A stretch of 64,000 nucleotides of DNA from Perkinsela sp. CCAP 1560/9 (lineage: Eukaryota; Protista; Euglenozoa: Kinetoplastea): assembly GCA_965644495.1 (NCBI GenBank), contig CBFFSA010000003.1, forward strand, positions 1,240,001 through 1,304,000, in the 5' to 3' direction. Below, piece by piece: positions 1-10,666 of the stretch (positions are counted from its first letter, which is position 1; every line of letters begins with the position of its first letter). The position numbers and the translations under genes are program-made. The notes beneath the pieces are model-generated. The model searched no databases and was not told the origin of the DNA. It saw only the letters and a list, made by a program, of their open reading frames with translations.

Positions 1-3000
1 ACCCCAGGCATTGCCCGGTATGGGTGGCTGTATCCGCGAGCACGGTAATATGCCGTAAATCCACTTTATAACTCTGTAGCAGTCGCACCATATCGGTAAC
101 TAAGTAATTTGTGGCGCTTTCAATCCCAAACGTTTCTGCCATATCGTTGGGGTCGGTGGAAAAAATCCGGTGCCACTCAATAGAGGCAGGGGTGAGAGGA
201 GGCAATGTGGAGAGCTCGCAAAAAGGGGCGATCGGATCAGGGCACGGACAGTCGAGGCTATTCTTGTGGCTGTACTCTAGAATACGCTCCGCAGGGGTAC
301 GGAAGAGAATGGATTCCATCCAGGAACGTAGACGAAGGGCTAAGGAAAGTTTCGCGGCGGTTCCTTTGATGGCAATTTCTCCGGAAGAATCTGTTCGGCT
401 ACGAAGCAAATCAATATGGGAAATCTCTCCGGAATAGTCTAGTTTGGAAGAAGATAGTGAGACCTCACGAAGGGAGTGAGTAAGAATATCATCCACAGCA
501 ACCACAGCGTCCACAGGAAGGGTAAGGGAACCGGAAAGCACAAAGCAGTCACGCTCGGTGTCGTAGGAATGCGCTCGGAAGTTTTTTGCGCGAACACAGA
601 TCCCGCTGCGGGAGAGGGAAATGGTGATGGCGCTTCGGGCCCATTGGGTGAAAGGAGGCGCGCCCCCCTGTACTGCGCCTTCGGCAGAGATAGCCGGATG
701 GGTGACCTGTGCCGGATGAGGTGTTTTACTGCGCTCCGTGTTTGCTGCATTCCCGTGAACGCTGTTACCAGAAAAAGCAGAAGATTGACATTCCAAAAAC
801 TGTGCAATGTCGTCCACAGTATCTTGGTGAGATTCTGTCCTGTGTGGCACTGCGTCGCTTGTAGCCTCTTCAGCAGATTCATTTGTGTGACTCCTCTGAT
901 GGGCAGCACTGTGTGTCGTGTTACCACCCGCTGTTGAGTTGTCCTCCTCTGCTCCCGACGACTCTCTTAGGATTCCGGATTTACGAATGTCCCGATGAGC
1001 CACAAGCACAGCACTTCGAAACAAATTCTGAGCGCTGTAGATAAAGTCTTCACAGAAGGTATGGGGCGACGCGCCTAACAGCGACCTTCTATTTTCCAAT
1101 TCCGTTACTGAAAACAAAATGTCGAGTTCAATTTCACAATAACTTCCACGACGAACACTTCGATGTCTGTAGGGCACGCGTGCGGCTCCGGAAAGGGCAT
1201 CATACATCTTAAGAGGGGTGAGAATCTCACGAAGACAACAAAAGGCAAATTGCTCGGTAGCGCCGATGTTTTTAATTGGGAGAACAATCGTCGGTTCACT
1301 CACATTGGCGTAGGTCAGTAATTCGCGGAGCCGAGGAATACCCTCTGTGACATGCGCAATCGACGTGCCTGCATGATGAAACGTATTTAGCGTCATTTGT
1401 GTGGACAGCTCACCGATACTCTGCGCCGCGATAATACCAACAGGTTCACCTGGGTCACACCGAGCGTGGAGCAGACGGCACGACGTCGCCTGACGAATCT
1501 CCTTTTTCCACTGCCGCTCGTTTCGTTGCTCATCCACAAAAGGCTTTAGCTTATCACTGGGAGAAAACCCTTTCATCCCGTTGCGTAGCCCTCGCAGGCC
1601 CACGTGCATAGTGTCCTTCATCACACGAATTAACGAGGCGTACCTTCGCCTTAAATCCGTCGCATTTCGCGCGACAAACTCCCAATGGGCCAGGGAAGAT
1701 GACTTACAAGGATCCAAACCATCTCCACCGTATTTAAACTGCAGCACCTCCCCTTCACCGGTACGCACGGTTTCATCCCAATGCAGCGTGGTGGTCTCCA
1801 TGCCTTTCACCAGACCTCGTTGTAAATACCCCGAGCGCGCGGTTTTAATCGCCGTGTCAATAATCCCATCCCGCCCGGCAGCTGCGTGGATGAAATACTC
1901 CCCGGGATGCACACCACTGAGGAAACGGCCTCGTACGAACCCCCTGGCTCGAGCTCTTTGATCCTGCGGAAACACACACGGCAGGACTTTTTCCGAAGCC
2001 ATCGGACGAATCCGCTGGTGATCAAACAGCTGCTGGGCTAAGCAAACCGACATTTGTGTGGCATTCGACGCCGATCCACGAGAACCGGACAGCGTCATTA
2101 ACAGCAGACTATTCCGCGGGTAGCTCACATAGGTCCCATGGGGGAACAGCCTCCGATTCATTACGTCAGTTAACTCCGAGATGCTTCGCAGTACCGTTCG
2201 TTCGGTGGATCCTCGTGAGCAGTTATCTACATTTTGCAGCATGTGGGAGCGGGATTTATTCAGCTTCGGGTTCGCCACGAGGTCATCTTTTAACAACACA
2301 TCATCCAGATTAAGTGAGAACCCGCGGGTGCGACAGAACACCGTAAGCATGCGACCGAGACCAGAGAGCAGCATCCCTCCCGCGGAGTGGCCGTAGGTCT
2401 CCACGACGTACTGAATAAACGATTTCTCGCAGCTCCCCATGTTGGCTTTGTCCAGCACTCCGGCAAGCAGCTCACTGGATTGAATCGTAATTGTCCCATC
2501 CTCCTGATCCGTTGGATTCATTCGAAGAAATGAGGCGGAGAGATGGGAACGGTTCCGGAGCGACAACCCATCGTTCTCACTGTGTCGAGCAGACGTCGTA
2601 AGCCGCAGGGCCTCGGAGAACACTTGCTTTCCCGACCATAATGGACAAGGTTTTAAAATATGAGGTGTGGGGAGTGAAATCGTGAGTTTCATCGGGTGAG
2701 CGAACGCATAAAGATACTCCCCGAATTGAGTACGGGTTACCGTACGACCACGACTGGAGAGCAGAAAAGCCCCCACAATATGGTCCTGAATAAGACCCCG
2801 AATCGGTTGTCCGGAACTTGGGACGTAGTACTGCAGATTAGCATCCATCAGAGTGAGCGCCTCGACTCTTGCGGCCACACTTTGCGGAACGTGACAATTC
2901 ATCTCATCCCCGTCGAAGTCTGCGTTAAAACCTTTGCAGGTGGCATAGTGAAACCGCACAGTGTAGTCATTTCCTCGGACAATAATGCGCTTTCCGACAA

Positions 3001-4825
3001 TAGAGGGTTTGTGTAAGGTCGGCTGCCGGTTGAACAAAACCACATCGCCATCCATTAAATGACGATGCAGGATGACATCGCCTCCCATGGCTACGTGGGT
3101 AAGCATGCGAGCCGCGATTTGCTTCAAATGTCGCTCTTTTCCCGCCAGCGCAATGGTTTCGGTGTGTCCATCTTTTTGAATTTCCACATGGGTACATCCG
3201 GGGTACCGCATGGTTCCGTTCGTAATACATTTCGTAAGCAGCGCTCGATGAGAGTCCGAGCATAGCGACATGCTATCGGGAAAGGTCATCCGGACGGCCA
3301 TGCGACGAGGCAGACACAGCTGGTTGGTGAAAATATACGAGTCCGGGGTGATCACAGTTCGACAAGCCTGGTTCACGCGTTTTCCCATCATGTTACTCCG
3401 GAACAGTCCTTCTTTTTTGGTGAACGAGGTGATCTTCTCCTCATAGAGCATATTGACCGTGGCCTGGAGCTGTTTGTAGGCGCGCTCCTTTAAAATACTC
3501 ACGTTTTCAGCCTCCGAGTGAGCACAGGCCGTGTACTCTTTACTGTACCGAATCACATTACTCAGAAGTTGGGTTACAGTGTCTACGGTAGACCCGGGAC
3601 GGTTTGTCTCCGGGTGGATATAACGTGTGTGATTCGGGGGCACCAGAACTTGTTGAGGTAAAAACCGCGAGGCCCACTCGTCGGGTTTGTGATCTGGCCA
3701 CTCTGTAGACTCGATCCATGGCTTGAGTACGCCTGAAGGCGGGTACGCCATGCGGATAAACGCCTCCTTACTCCACGCACTCGCAAGCAGTTTAAAGGCC
3801 TCATCCGGAGACAGCCACGCAAACGACCTGCGGAACAGTTTGAGTTCCCGTGAGATCCGGTCCAGAACTGCGGAAGGAATATCCCTCTTATCCTGCGGTA
3901 GAGTGAAGTACAACACGTTGTCCAAAAGTCGTATATCCCGGGGCTGCATATGATTGCAATGCACACATTTATTCGCCATCGAACGCTTTAAAACCGCTCG
4001 TATAATTTTCCCTCGCAACAATAACCCATAATTATCCACCTCACCCGTTTTGCCTCCTCCCGCTCTCTCGCAGTTACTCTTCTCCAGCACATTCTGAATA
4101 CTCCCCATGGTCGCACTCGAACACAACCCCGGGTTCGTCTCCTCCGGCATGATCACCTCCTCTCTTTTCGCCCCGGAAACCGTAATCTTGGCGGTACGAA
4201 ACACAATATCCTCCAGCACACTCTCCCCTTGCTGCGTGTGGCCGTGATCCGCACACTGCAGCGCTTGCACCGCAAGCGCCGTAATCGTCTCCCCACAGCG
4301 CAGACGCTGGCAATGCCAGCAAAGCACCCGGAGAAGAGTAAGCACCTCCGGGGCCACGACGGGGTGACACACACGGAGGGGAAGACGGATAATCCCAAAG
4401 TGGCCCCCACATCGGGGATGGACCGCGTCTCGAGTAGAAAGCGTAGAAAATTTACTACCATTTTGAGTATTATGGGGTCCTGAAGTGGAGGAGGAAGAAA
4501 ACGAGGCCACACACGTCGTACATCCTTTATGCAGGTCCCGTCCCATGTCAATGTTCCCCATTCGTGGATCAAAAAGAGTGATGCGTTCAGCAGCAGGCTC
4601 TGAGGCGCTCTTTTCGGGGCTTGGATCCGTAGTGAGAAGTTTCGGCATCCACGGAAATTGGGGGTCGCATTCAAAATGGGTCGTATTCACGGACACGGTG
4701 GAGAGGTGGAGCATTTCGGCATCGCTCATCAGTGCGGTTTGCATGGCGTGAATGACAATGTCGGACTCATAGCGGGAGGCGTCACAGGCGAAGTCACGGT
4801 GTCGAAAACCGCTGAGAAACGACAT
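1..4825 (-). CDS. RPA1: DNA-directed RNA polymerase I largest subunit, 3'-partial (continues beyond window start)
   Basis: Manual translation from the ATG at 4825. Motifs: CGGHFG zinc site, KKEGLFRSNMMGKRVN, NRQPTLHK, RFHYATCKGFNADFDGDEMN (~2906-2926), YVPSSGQPIRGLIQDH, DTAIKTARSGYLQR, QMTLNTFH, VTEGIPRLRE. The HY..C, MMGKRVN and G.P.RGLIQDH variants are Pol I-type. No stop was found in this frame, and the ORF track has no minus ORF in this frame, consistent with an ORF lacking a stop inside the window. Confidence 0.93.
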   Translation of the reverse strand, partial: MSFLSGFRHRDFACDASRYESDIVIHAMQTALMSDAEMLHLSTVSVNTTHFECDPQFPWMPKLLTTDPSPEKSASEPAAERITLFDPRMGNIDMGRDLHKGCTTCVASFSSSSTSGPHNTQNGSKFSTLSTRDAVHPRCGGHFGIIRLPLRVCHPVVAPEVLTLLRVLCWHCQRLRCGETITALAVQALQCADHGHTQQGESVLEDIVFRTAKITVSGAKREEVIMPEETNPGLCSSATMGSIQNVLEKSNCERAGGGKTGEVDNYGLLLRGKIIRAVLKRSMANKCVHCNHMQPRDIRLLDNVLYFTLPQDKRDIPSAVLDRISRELKLFRRSFAWLSPDEAFKLLASAWSKEAFIRMAYPPSGVLKPWIESTEWPDHKPDEWASRFLPQQVLVPPNHTRYIHPETNRPGSTVDTVTQLLSNVIRYSKEYTACAHSEAENVSILKERAYKQLQATVNMLYEEKITSFTKKEGLFRSNMMGKRVNQACRTVITPDSYIFTNQLCLPRRMAVRMTFPDSMSLCSDSHRALLTKCITNGTMRYPGCTHVEIQKDGHTETIALAGKERHLKQIAARMLTHVAMGGDVILHRHLMDGDVVLFNRQPTLHKPSIVGKRIIVRGNDYTVRFHYATCKGFNADFDGDEMNCHVPQSVAARVEALTLMDANLQYYVPSSGQPIRGLIQDHIVGAFLLSSRGRTVTRTQFGEYLYAFAHPMKLTISLPTPHILKPCPLWSGKQVFSEALRLTTSARHSENDGLSLRNRSHLSASFLRMNPTDQEDGTITIQSSELLAGVLDKANMGSCEKSFIQYVVETYGHSAGGMLLSGLGRMLTVFCRTRGFSLNLDDVLLKDDLVANPKLNKSRSHMLQNVDNCSRGSTERTVLRSISELTDVMNRRLFPHGTYVSYPRNSLLLMTLSGSRGSASNATQMSVCLAQQLFDHQRIRPMASEKVLPCVFPQDQRARARGFVRGRFLSGVHPGEYFIHAAAGRDGIIDTAIKTARSGYLQRGLVKGMETTTLHWDETVRTGEGEVLQFKYGGDGLDPCKSSSLAHWEFVARNATDLRRRYASLIRVMKDTMHVGLRGLRNGMKGFSPSDKLKPFVDEQRNERQWKKEIRQATSCRLLHARCDPGEPVGIIAAQSIGELSTQMTLNTFHHAGTSIAHVTEGIPRLRELLTYANVSEPTIVLPIKNIGATEQFAFCCLREILTPLKMYDALSGAARVPYRHRSVRRGSYCEIELDILFSVTELENRRSLLGASPHTFCEDFIYSAQNLFRSAVLVAHRDIRKSGILRESSGAEEDNSTAGGNTTHSAAHQRSHTNESAEEATSDAVPHRTESHQDTVDDIAQFLECQSSAFSGNSVHGNAANTERSKTPHPAQVTHPAISAEGAVQGGAPPFTQWARSAITISLSRSGICVRAKNFRAHSYDTERDCFVLSGSLTLPVDAVVAVDDILTHSLREVSLSSSKLDYSGEISHIDLLRSRTDSSGEIAIKGTAAKLSLALRLRSWMESILFRTPAERILEYSHKNSLDCPCPDPIAPFCELSTLPPLTPASIEWHRIFSTDPNDMAETFGIESATNYLVTDMVRLLQSYKVDLRHITVLADTATHTGQCLG

Positions 4826-5111
4826 CGGGGTGAGAAAGTAAAGAAAGAAATGGGTGGAAGGTTCGTCGACGAAGGAAAGTGTTAAAAAACAAAATAGAAA
4901 AGGTATTTGCAACAGATGTACTTAAAACATTAAAACAGAGCGATGGATTTCAAAGAACCCGTCCCGGGGCCTTCAGTCACATACAAATTTTCAAGGGGTC
5001 CGTCACGTATTTATTTCAAAAATTATCAAGAAGAGTTATCTCTAATGTTTTATCAGAAAATGGTAAGACAAGAAGGTCACAAGAACGGTGTACCACCTCT
5101 GATTATATTTC

Positions 5112-5900
5112 TTATTCTATGAAAGCATTCTTCTCTTGCTCTGTACTCTTTTCAAGATCGCGGTTCGTACGTTCCGCTTTCGGTCTCCACTCGTTAACGT
5201 TTAACGCGTAACACTGAATGTAGTCCCCAACATCCGTCTTTACTGAAATCTTTTCGAGCATCTCATTGGACTCTAAAAAGTCCTGCACACTGAGGCTACT
5301 CTCGATCAAAGCCGAGACCAGGGACGAGAGCGCCGGGATAGTGTAATCCGGGTGCTCCCCACCTTCGTAATCCGACACCAGGACGCCGTTTTGCTGATAC
5401 CCACGGATACAATCCGGGGTGTTTTCAATAATAATCGTCTTCTCCAGGGTGCGCCCGAGGGTGCGTAAATCCTTCCGGTATCCGGCCTTTCCGGTAAACC
5501 ACTTGGCATGACGATAAATACAGTGTCGAATCTTACTTAACGGGTCGACGTGGCGGATAATCGCCTGGGCGTAGGCCCGCAGTCCGGCAGTCCACACCAC
5601 AATCTCACAGTTCTCGCTGAGGTCGGTGAGGAAATCCTCCAGGCCGGGGCGGGCGTACAGCGGTCCCTCTCGGGCGTAGATCAGTGTCTCATCGAGGTCC
5701 AGCACGACAGTGTATTTATTCTCATCGGCAGCCTCCGGGGAGGGGAGAATGTACTCCGAGGTGGCATCATGGGCCATGGAGGGCGCTCGGGAGCGAGTGG
5801 GAGTAGAGGGGGGAGGGGGGGCAAGGTGACCCCCTGAGGCGTACTCCTGTCGAAAGGAGATCCCACGTCGCCGTTGAGGCGAGGTCTGGCCGTTCATCAT
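5112..5900 (-). CDS. FCP/SCP (NIF-family) HAD phosphatase, kinetoplastid PIP39-like type
   Basis: VVLDLDETLIYAREGPLYARPGL (DxDxT motif), VVWTAG..YA, YRKDL..LGR.L...IIIENTPDC. Confidence 0.9.
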   Translation of the reverse strand: MMNGQTSPQRRRGISFRQEYASGGHLAPPPPSTPTRSRAPSMAHDATSEYILPSPEAADENKYTVVLDLDETLIYAREGPLYARPGLEDFLTDLSENCEIVVWTAGLRAYAQAIIRHVDPLSKIRHCIYRHAKWFTGKAGYRKDLRTLGRTLEKTIIIENTPDCIRGYQQNGVLVSDYEGGEHPDYTIPALSSLVSALIESSLSVQDFLESNEMLEKISVKTDVGDYIQCYALNVNEWRPKAERTNRDLEKSTEQEKNAFIE

Positions 5901-6131
5901 CTCAGAACATGCTCATGGGGGAGAGAGAGTAGCATTAGGGACAAAGTTATGCTAGTGATTCTGTTTATGTGTGAAAGTAACAAAAATAAGGTGTATTCTT
6001 GGAAAGAGTTATGGAGAAAAGAGGATGAAGTATCGACGCACAGTTTTCCAAATAACGCGTTCCTATTGCCCAACCCAGACTTTGATGGAAACTCCTCCTC
6101 CCCGTTGCATGTACTTTCGGTATTTCCAATC

Positions 6132-8552
6132 TTACCCCTCCTTTTTCTCTTTCTTTTTATTTTCCTTCGGATCCCCCGCACTCACCACAAACAACACCGG
6201 TACCCGCCATGTCTGTACCGACACCACCCCTGTCATCCCCTCATGCCTACACCCCCCCACCTCCCGCTCCCCCTCCTCCTCCACGTTCACCCCCACCGCC
6301 TGCTCCAACCTCCTCCTCATCCCCTCCCTCCACCGTGTCCACCTCCTCCACCGCCTCACCGCCCCCACCTCCACCCTATTCGAGGTCGACACCCCCGTAC
6401 CCTCCCCCCCTCTCCGGTACCTCCCGAAATGAAACCCCACCCCATCCAAGGGGTAGGCCAACCCCGTACTCGCCACCCCGACGGTTTCCCCACACCCCCC
6501 TCCCCCTCCCCCCATGCTGTACACCCCGCAGTACGCCCCCTCCGGGAGCCTCCACCAGTACCGCGTGCCGGGGCGCAGCGGGGCGACGTACGCGGCGCCG
6601 TGCCCCACACACGCGAGCGGGGAGAGCCACGGGGACCACGCGAGCAGGGCGTGGTAGAGGTTGAGGGTGTGGTCCACGCGGGTGGGGGGGGCGTGGGCGG
6701 GGGGGCTGCCCGCGTTAAGGAGCAACACACGGGGAGGGGGGAGGGGGAGGGGGAGGGGGAGGGGGAGGGGTAGAGTTTGTGGTGGTGGTGAAGTTTGTGG
6801 TGGTGGCTGTGGTTGTGGTTGAGAAGTTTGTGGTTGAAAAGTTTGTGGTTGTGAAGTTTGTGGTTGTGAAGTTTGTGGTTGTGAAGTTTGTGGTTGTGAA
6901 GTTTGTGGTTGTGGTTGTGAAGTTTGTGGTTGTGAAGTTTGTGGTTGAGAAATTTGTGGTTGTGGTTGAGAAGTTTGTGGTTGAGAAGTTTGTGGTTGTG
7001 AAGTTTGTGGTTGTGAAGTTTGTGGTTGTGGTTGTGGTGGTATGTTTTTGATACGGGTTTGTCGTGAGTATTGTTGTGGTTCTTGTGTAGTTGTTTGTGG
7101 TCGTTCTTGTGTGGTTTGTTCTTCCTGTTGTTGTTGTTGTTGATGGGTGTTTTGTTCTTGGTTGTTGCGGTCTTCTTCTTGTTCTTGTTGTTGTTGTTGT
7201 TGTTGCTTTTGATACCACTCATAGATATAGTATAAAGATTTTTCTAAATCCGTAGAGTTTTGTTCGGGACAGTGTTCGAAATGGAGCGGGGAGTGGGAGG
7301 GGGGCGGGGAGGGGAGGGAGGCATAGGTTAGGGAGTCAAAATCCCCCACCACGACATCTGGGGGTGTGAGGAAAGGGGTGTGAAGGGCTCCGTCCGCACA
7401 CACAAACAGGGGAGGGGGGAGGAAAGTGGAGCGGGGTTGGTTTCGGAGTCGATTCCAGAGGGTGGTGTCGGGGGTAGGGGTGGGGGTGAGGGGATGGCAA
7501 GGGCTGTTGAGATAGAGAAAGGCGTCAAAGACGGTGGAGCGCACGAGGTGAGAATGGGAACGGAGGTCGAGCACGTTGTCAGGGGTTGTGTTTGTGAAGG
7601 GGAGCTTGATGCGACTTGAACAGACCAGCCGTGTTAAGGAACCGAGGAGGGGATGCAGAGGTGTGGGGTTCCTTTCGAGGTCTAGGCGAATAGAACGGTT
7701 CAAGGTTTTAGTTCGAGTGAAAGATTTAATACATTTAGCAAGGATGGAAAGGCCGTGGTCATACGATACCCAATATGTATGGACCCTGCCTTGGTGTTCA
7801 TCGTGCGCAATACATCGATGCAAGCAAGAGGGGCAGGCAATGTCGCTAAAGTTCGTAGGGCTGTTTAAAAAACGAAAGAGTGACTTCCATGTGCTAAGAC
7901 AAAGCGTTTTCTGTTTGCTTTTCTCATACGCGAAACGCTCGGCGTCCCTTTTTCTTGTTGTTTGGCGCAAGTTAACAGACAACTTCGTGTTCCTCTGGTC
8001 ATTCTTTTGCATAGCTGTTAGCACATGAATAACGCGATCGTGGAACTTTTGTGCGGCAGCGATTTCGAGAAAAGCTTCTCCCAGAGAAACGGAACGCTTT
8101 TCCTGCAATGATCGAAATCGGTCTCGTAAAGTAAAATCGTCAATCAATATTGTGCAATCAAAAGATCCTATTGTTCTTGCTTCGCTCCAGCGTGCACATT
8201 GTTTTTTGATCGTGTTTTCGACGGAACGCCAGAATCGAATGCCATCCTTAGGAGCGTTCGTGCTGCAGAATAAAGAGTGAAAACGGCTCTCATATCCGTT
8301 CGACGAGACCACTTTTTCCACTCTTAAATTATTTGATAACTTATTCGTTACACACAACACTAGACACACACTTATGCTGGTACGTTCCTGGCCCGCGTCG
8401 TCTAACATTACCTCATTGAGAAACATTTCCCATACGTCCGACAACTTCCACGTCCCGCACGACGTAACCAGGTCCTTGGTTTCACTATCAAGACAACTGT
8501 TCAGGTCTAGTACCACTAAAACTTGGTGTGGCTTTGAAAAAGAAATGTCCAT
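6132..8552 (-). CDS. Thiamine pyrophosphokinase-domain protein with ~330-aa unknown N-terminal extension and internal Q/PQTSQ low-complexity insert
   Basis: 806-aa ORF with TPK motifs VCADGA, PDVVVGDFDS, EQNSTDLEK, RVDHTL, STGLAYPL and STSNRV. Confidence 0.75.
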   Translation of the reverse strand: MDISFSKPHQVLVVLDLNSCLDSETKDLVTSCGTWKLSDVWEMFLNEVMLDDAGQERTSISVCLVLCVTNKLSNNLRVEKVVSSNGYESRFHSLFCSTNAPKDGIRFWRSVENTIKKQCARWSEARTIGSFDCTILIDDFTLRDRFRSLQEKRSVSLGEAFLEIAAAQKFHDRVIHVLTAMQKNDQRNTKLSVNLRQTTRKRDAERFAYEKSKQKTLCLSTWKSLFRFLNSPTNFSDIACPSCLHRCIAHDEHQGRVHTYWVSYDHGLSILAKCIKSFTRTKTLNRSIRLDLERNPTPLHPLLGSLTRLVCSSRIKLPFTNTTPDNVLDLRSHSHLVRSTVFDAFLYLNSPCHPLTPTPTPDTTLWNRLRNQPRSTFLPPPLFVCADGALHTPFLTPPDVVVGDFDSLTYASLPSPPPSHSPLHFEHCPEQNSTDLEKSLYYIYEWYQKQQQQQQQEQEEDRNNQEQNTHQQQQQQEEQTTQERPQTTTQEPQQYSRQTRIKNIPPQPQPQTSQPQTSQPQTSQPQTSQPQPQISQPQTSQPQTSQPQPQTSQPQTSQPQTSQPQTSQPQTFQPQTSQPQPQPPPQTSPPPQTLPLPLPLPLPLPPPRVLLLNAGSPPAHAPPTRVDHTLNLYHALLAWSPWLSPLACVGHGAAYVAPLRPGTRYWWRLPEGAYCGVYSMGGGGGGCGETVGVASTGLAYPLDGVGFHFGRYRRGGEGTGVSTSNRVEVGAVRRWRRWTRWREGMRRRLEQAVGVNVEEEGEREVGGCRHEGMTGVVSVQTWRVPVLFVVSAGDPKENKKKEKKEG
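6775..7206. repeat. Coding tandem repeats: 15-bp unit (GTTTGTGGTTGTGAA on +, encodes PQTSQ) and (GTT)n poly-Gln
   Basis: Directly visible repeats inside the TPK ORF. Confidence 0.9.
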
Positions 8553-9469
8553 TAACCTAACATCATATGCCCGTATTTATACGTGTGTGTACAAAATAAT
8601 ATGCGTAGAAGAAAATGTCATGTGTAGAAATAAATAATTTCAAATTATTATGTGTACAAAATTATATAAACCCCCGATACATATTCCAATATTTGTAATC
8701 TTCCAAAATATATGTTTGTTAAACATTTGGGTTCACCGGCACTATAAATGTAGGTTGAAAACAAGTAAAATTTGTTTGAACAATCATGCCCAAAAGGACT
8801 CAGGAAAAAGTTTTTGATCTTTCGTTGATCTCTTTTCTTATTTATTTTTTTAGTTTACTTGCCAGACCACACGTTTTTTCGATCAGATGTGCCCCCTACC
8901 TCTAATGGTAAGACCCCAAAAAACGTCCGAAATATGGGGAGAATACGAAATATGGGGAGAATCGGGTATTTGTACCAAAAGTTGGATTATTCTGGATCGT
9001 TTCGCAATTTTTTCCTTTTTAGTCTCTTCATTAAACGCGGAAGCAGTTCTCAACGCGAAGGGGGTAGCCGTGGTGGCTTCCAAGAGGGTTCAAACTGGAT
9101 GGGAGTGTCTGGGAGCGCCTGGGAGCGCACCATATCCTTTTTACAGGTCACCAATACCAAGTAGACCAATGTAGTAGACCAATGTAGTATATCCTGGGCG
9201 GTCCATTGAGTATTCCAGGCATTGAAATATAAGTTGGAACGTCATGAGTATGAGTGGAAACGTTTTAAAAAGTCACGTAAAAGTTTTTTCGAGCGGAAAA
9301 AAATCATCAGAAAAAAATGGATTTTAACCTATATTTATAGTGCCGGTTACCCAACATTTGCGACAGCGATTAGTAATGTCTTTAGGGGGTATACAAAGGT
9401 CACATTGGCACTATCTTCCCTAGCAGGCGGTCGATCACTATTCCACAGAGTGCAGCGCTCACAAGCGGA

Positions 9470-10666
9470 CTAAGTGGCAGTTTCATGTGGATCTAAAATT
9501 AGTTCCTTTTCTTTTGACATCAAAAAGTATGAAACTAGTTTTTTGTAGCCCCAATACACAAGTGACATAGAAATTACAACCACTACAAACGTAGAACTAG
9601 TTTGTCGCGCACGGCATTTGGAACAATCGCATTCAAAATGCCAACGTTGTTTTAAATATTCTTGCTGGAGCGAAATAGGACGACTCGAGTCAGACAAATA
9701 AGTAACGAAGAGTTCCTCACCCGCGTCGATCGGACGGAGAGTACGGGCAACAAGCCCAAAAGTAGCCCTCGGGCTTGCTACATCGAGCATTCCGGCCTCG
9801 ATAGGGCATATGATTTCAATGCCTACATTAGGCGAACAAGAATGATTGAATAGGGAGGCCTCCGGAAAAATTGCGCGACCGTTTCGTCCGGCATACAGCG
9901 TATCGAATCGGCAAAACTCGTACACAGACGCGATTCGTAGAACAACTTCCGTGGGATTTCCCTCTAAGCTCAAAAAGTTGTCCAATTTTGGAAACTCTTT
10001 CAGTATCTGCGAAGCTTCGTATTGGGTAATTATCGGAACCCTCTCCTTTTGACATAGCAAGTTCAGTACGCCACGTATGTAATACCAAAAAACGAGAAAA
10101 TTTGATGAGACGTTCGACTTGTTCGACTTTTCATCGCAACACTTGACATCTATTAGGTCGTTCAACACTTTGAGAGTATCGTGTACACAACGCATAACTT
10201 GATTGTGTAAAGAACTACCATCACCTTGGCATGAAAATGCACAGAGTCGCATGATTTCTTTATCGTAAGCTAAATTGCGCATGGCGAATAGCCCCCTTCC
10301 TTTTCCAAATGAATTCCCTACTTTAATATCCTTCGAGATGTAAGGTGTAAAACTGGACATGATTGCTTTGTTGCGCATGACAGTCTCAAAATTTGCGGGA
10401 AAACGCGGTGTGTGTCCCATGTTTTTGGTGTCTTTGGATTCAATCAGGTGGCTCGTCGATAAAGCACCTTGACTAATAATTAGCTTATCCCCTAAACACC
10501 AGAAAAAAGGAGTTGTTATCTGTCTGAAAGAATTCAATCCTCCACAATGAATATTCCTCCTTTCTTGCAGCCTTGTCCTGGTGCAAAAATTAATAAACGT
10601 CGAAGGATTATACATCTTCATTCTCCGGAAACCCATTATTTCCTGACAATTCAAGCACAAAAACAA
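9470..10666 (-). CDS. SET-domain (SMYD-like) methyltransferase with post-SET Cys and C-terminal hydrophobic segment; true start uncertain (probably a downstream ATG)
   Basis: GKGRGLFA, ASLFNHSCSPN, I.AGEELFVTY, W.F.C.C..C, then VVVVISMSLVYWGY. Confidence 0.85.
   Translation of the reverse strand: MFLCLNCQEIMGFRRMKMYNPSTFINFCTRTRLQERRNIHCGGLNSFRQITTPFFWCLGDKLIISQGALSTSHLIESKDTKNMGHTPRFPANFETVMRNKAIMSSFTPYISKDIKVGNSFGKGRGLFAMRNLAYDKEIMRLCAFSCQGDGSSLHNQVMRCVHDTLKVLNDLIDVKCCDEKSNKSNVSSNFLVFWYYIRGVLNLLCQKERVPIITQYEASQILKEFPKLDNFLSLEGNPTEVVLRIASVYEFCRFDTLYAGRNGRAIFPEASLFNHSCSPNVGIEIICPIEAGMLDVASPRATFGLVARTLRPIDAGEELFVTYLSDSSRPISLQQEYLKQRWHFECDCSKCRARQTSSTFVVVVISMSLVYWGYKKLVSYFLMSKEKELILDPHETAT

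Noticed and set aside
1-4825. Stop-codon reassignment (Blastocrithidia-type code) to explain the missing RNA polymerase ORF
   Set aside because: The frame has no internal stops; it simply lacks a terminal stop in the window, and other genes end at normal TAA/TAG
6775-7040. Telomeric or subtelomeric GT repeat
   Set aside because: No TTAGGG; the unit is codon-phased within a CDS
6209-7222. Alternative-frame ORFs rich in P, T, N/H/K or V
   Set aside because: By-products of the repeats inside the TPK ORF
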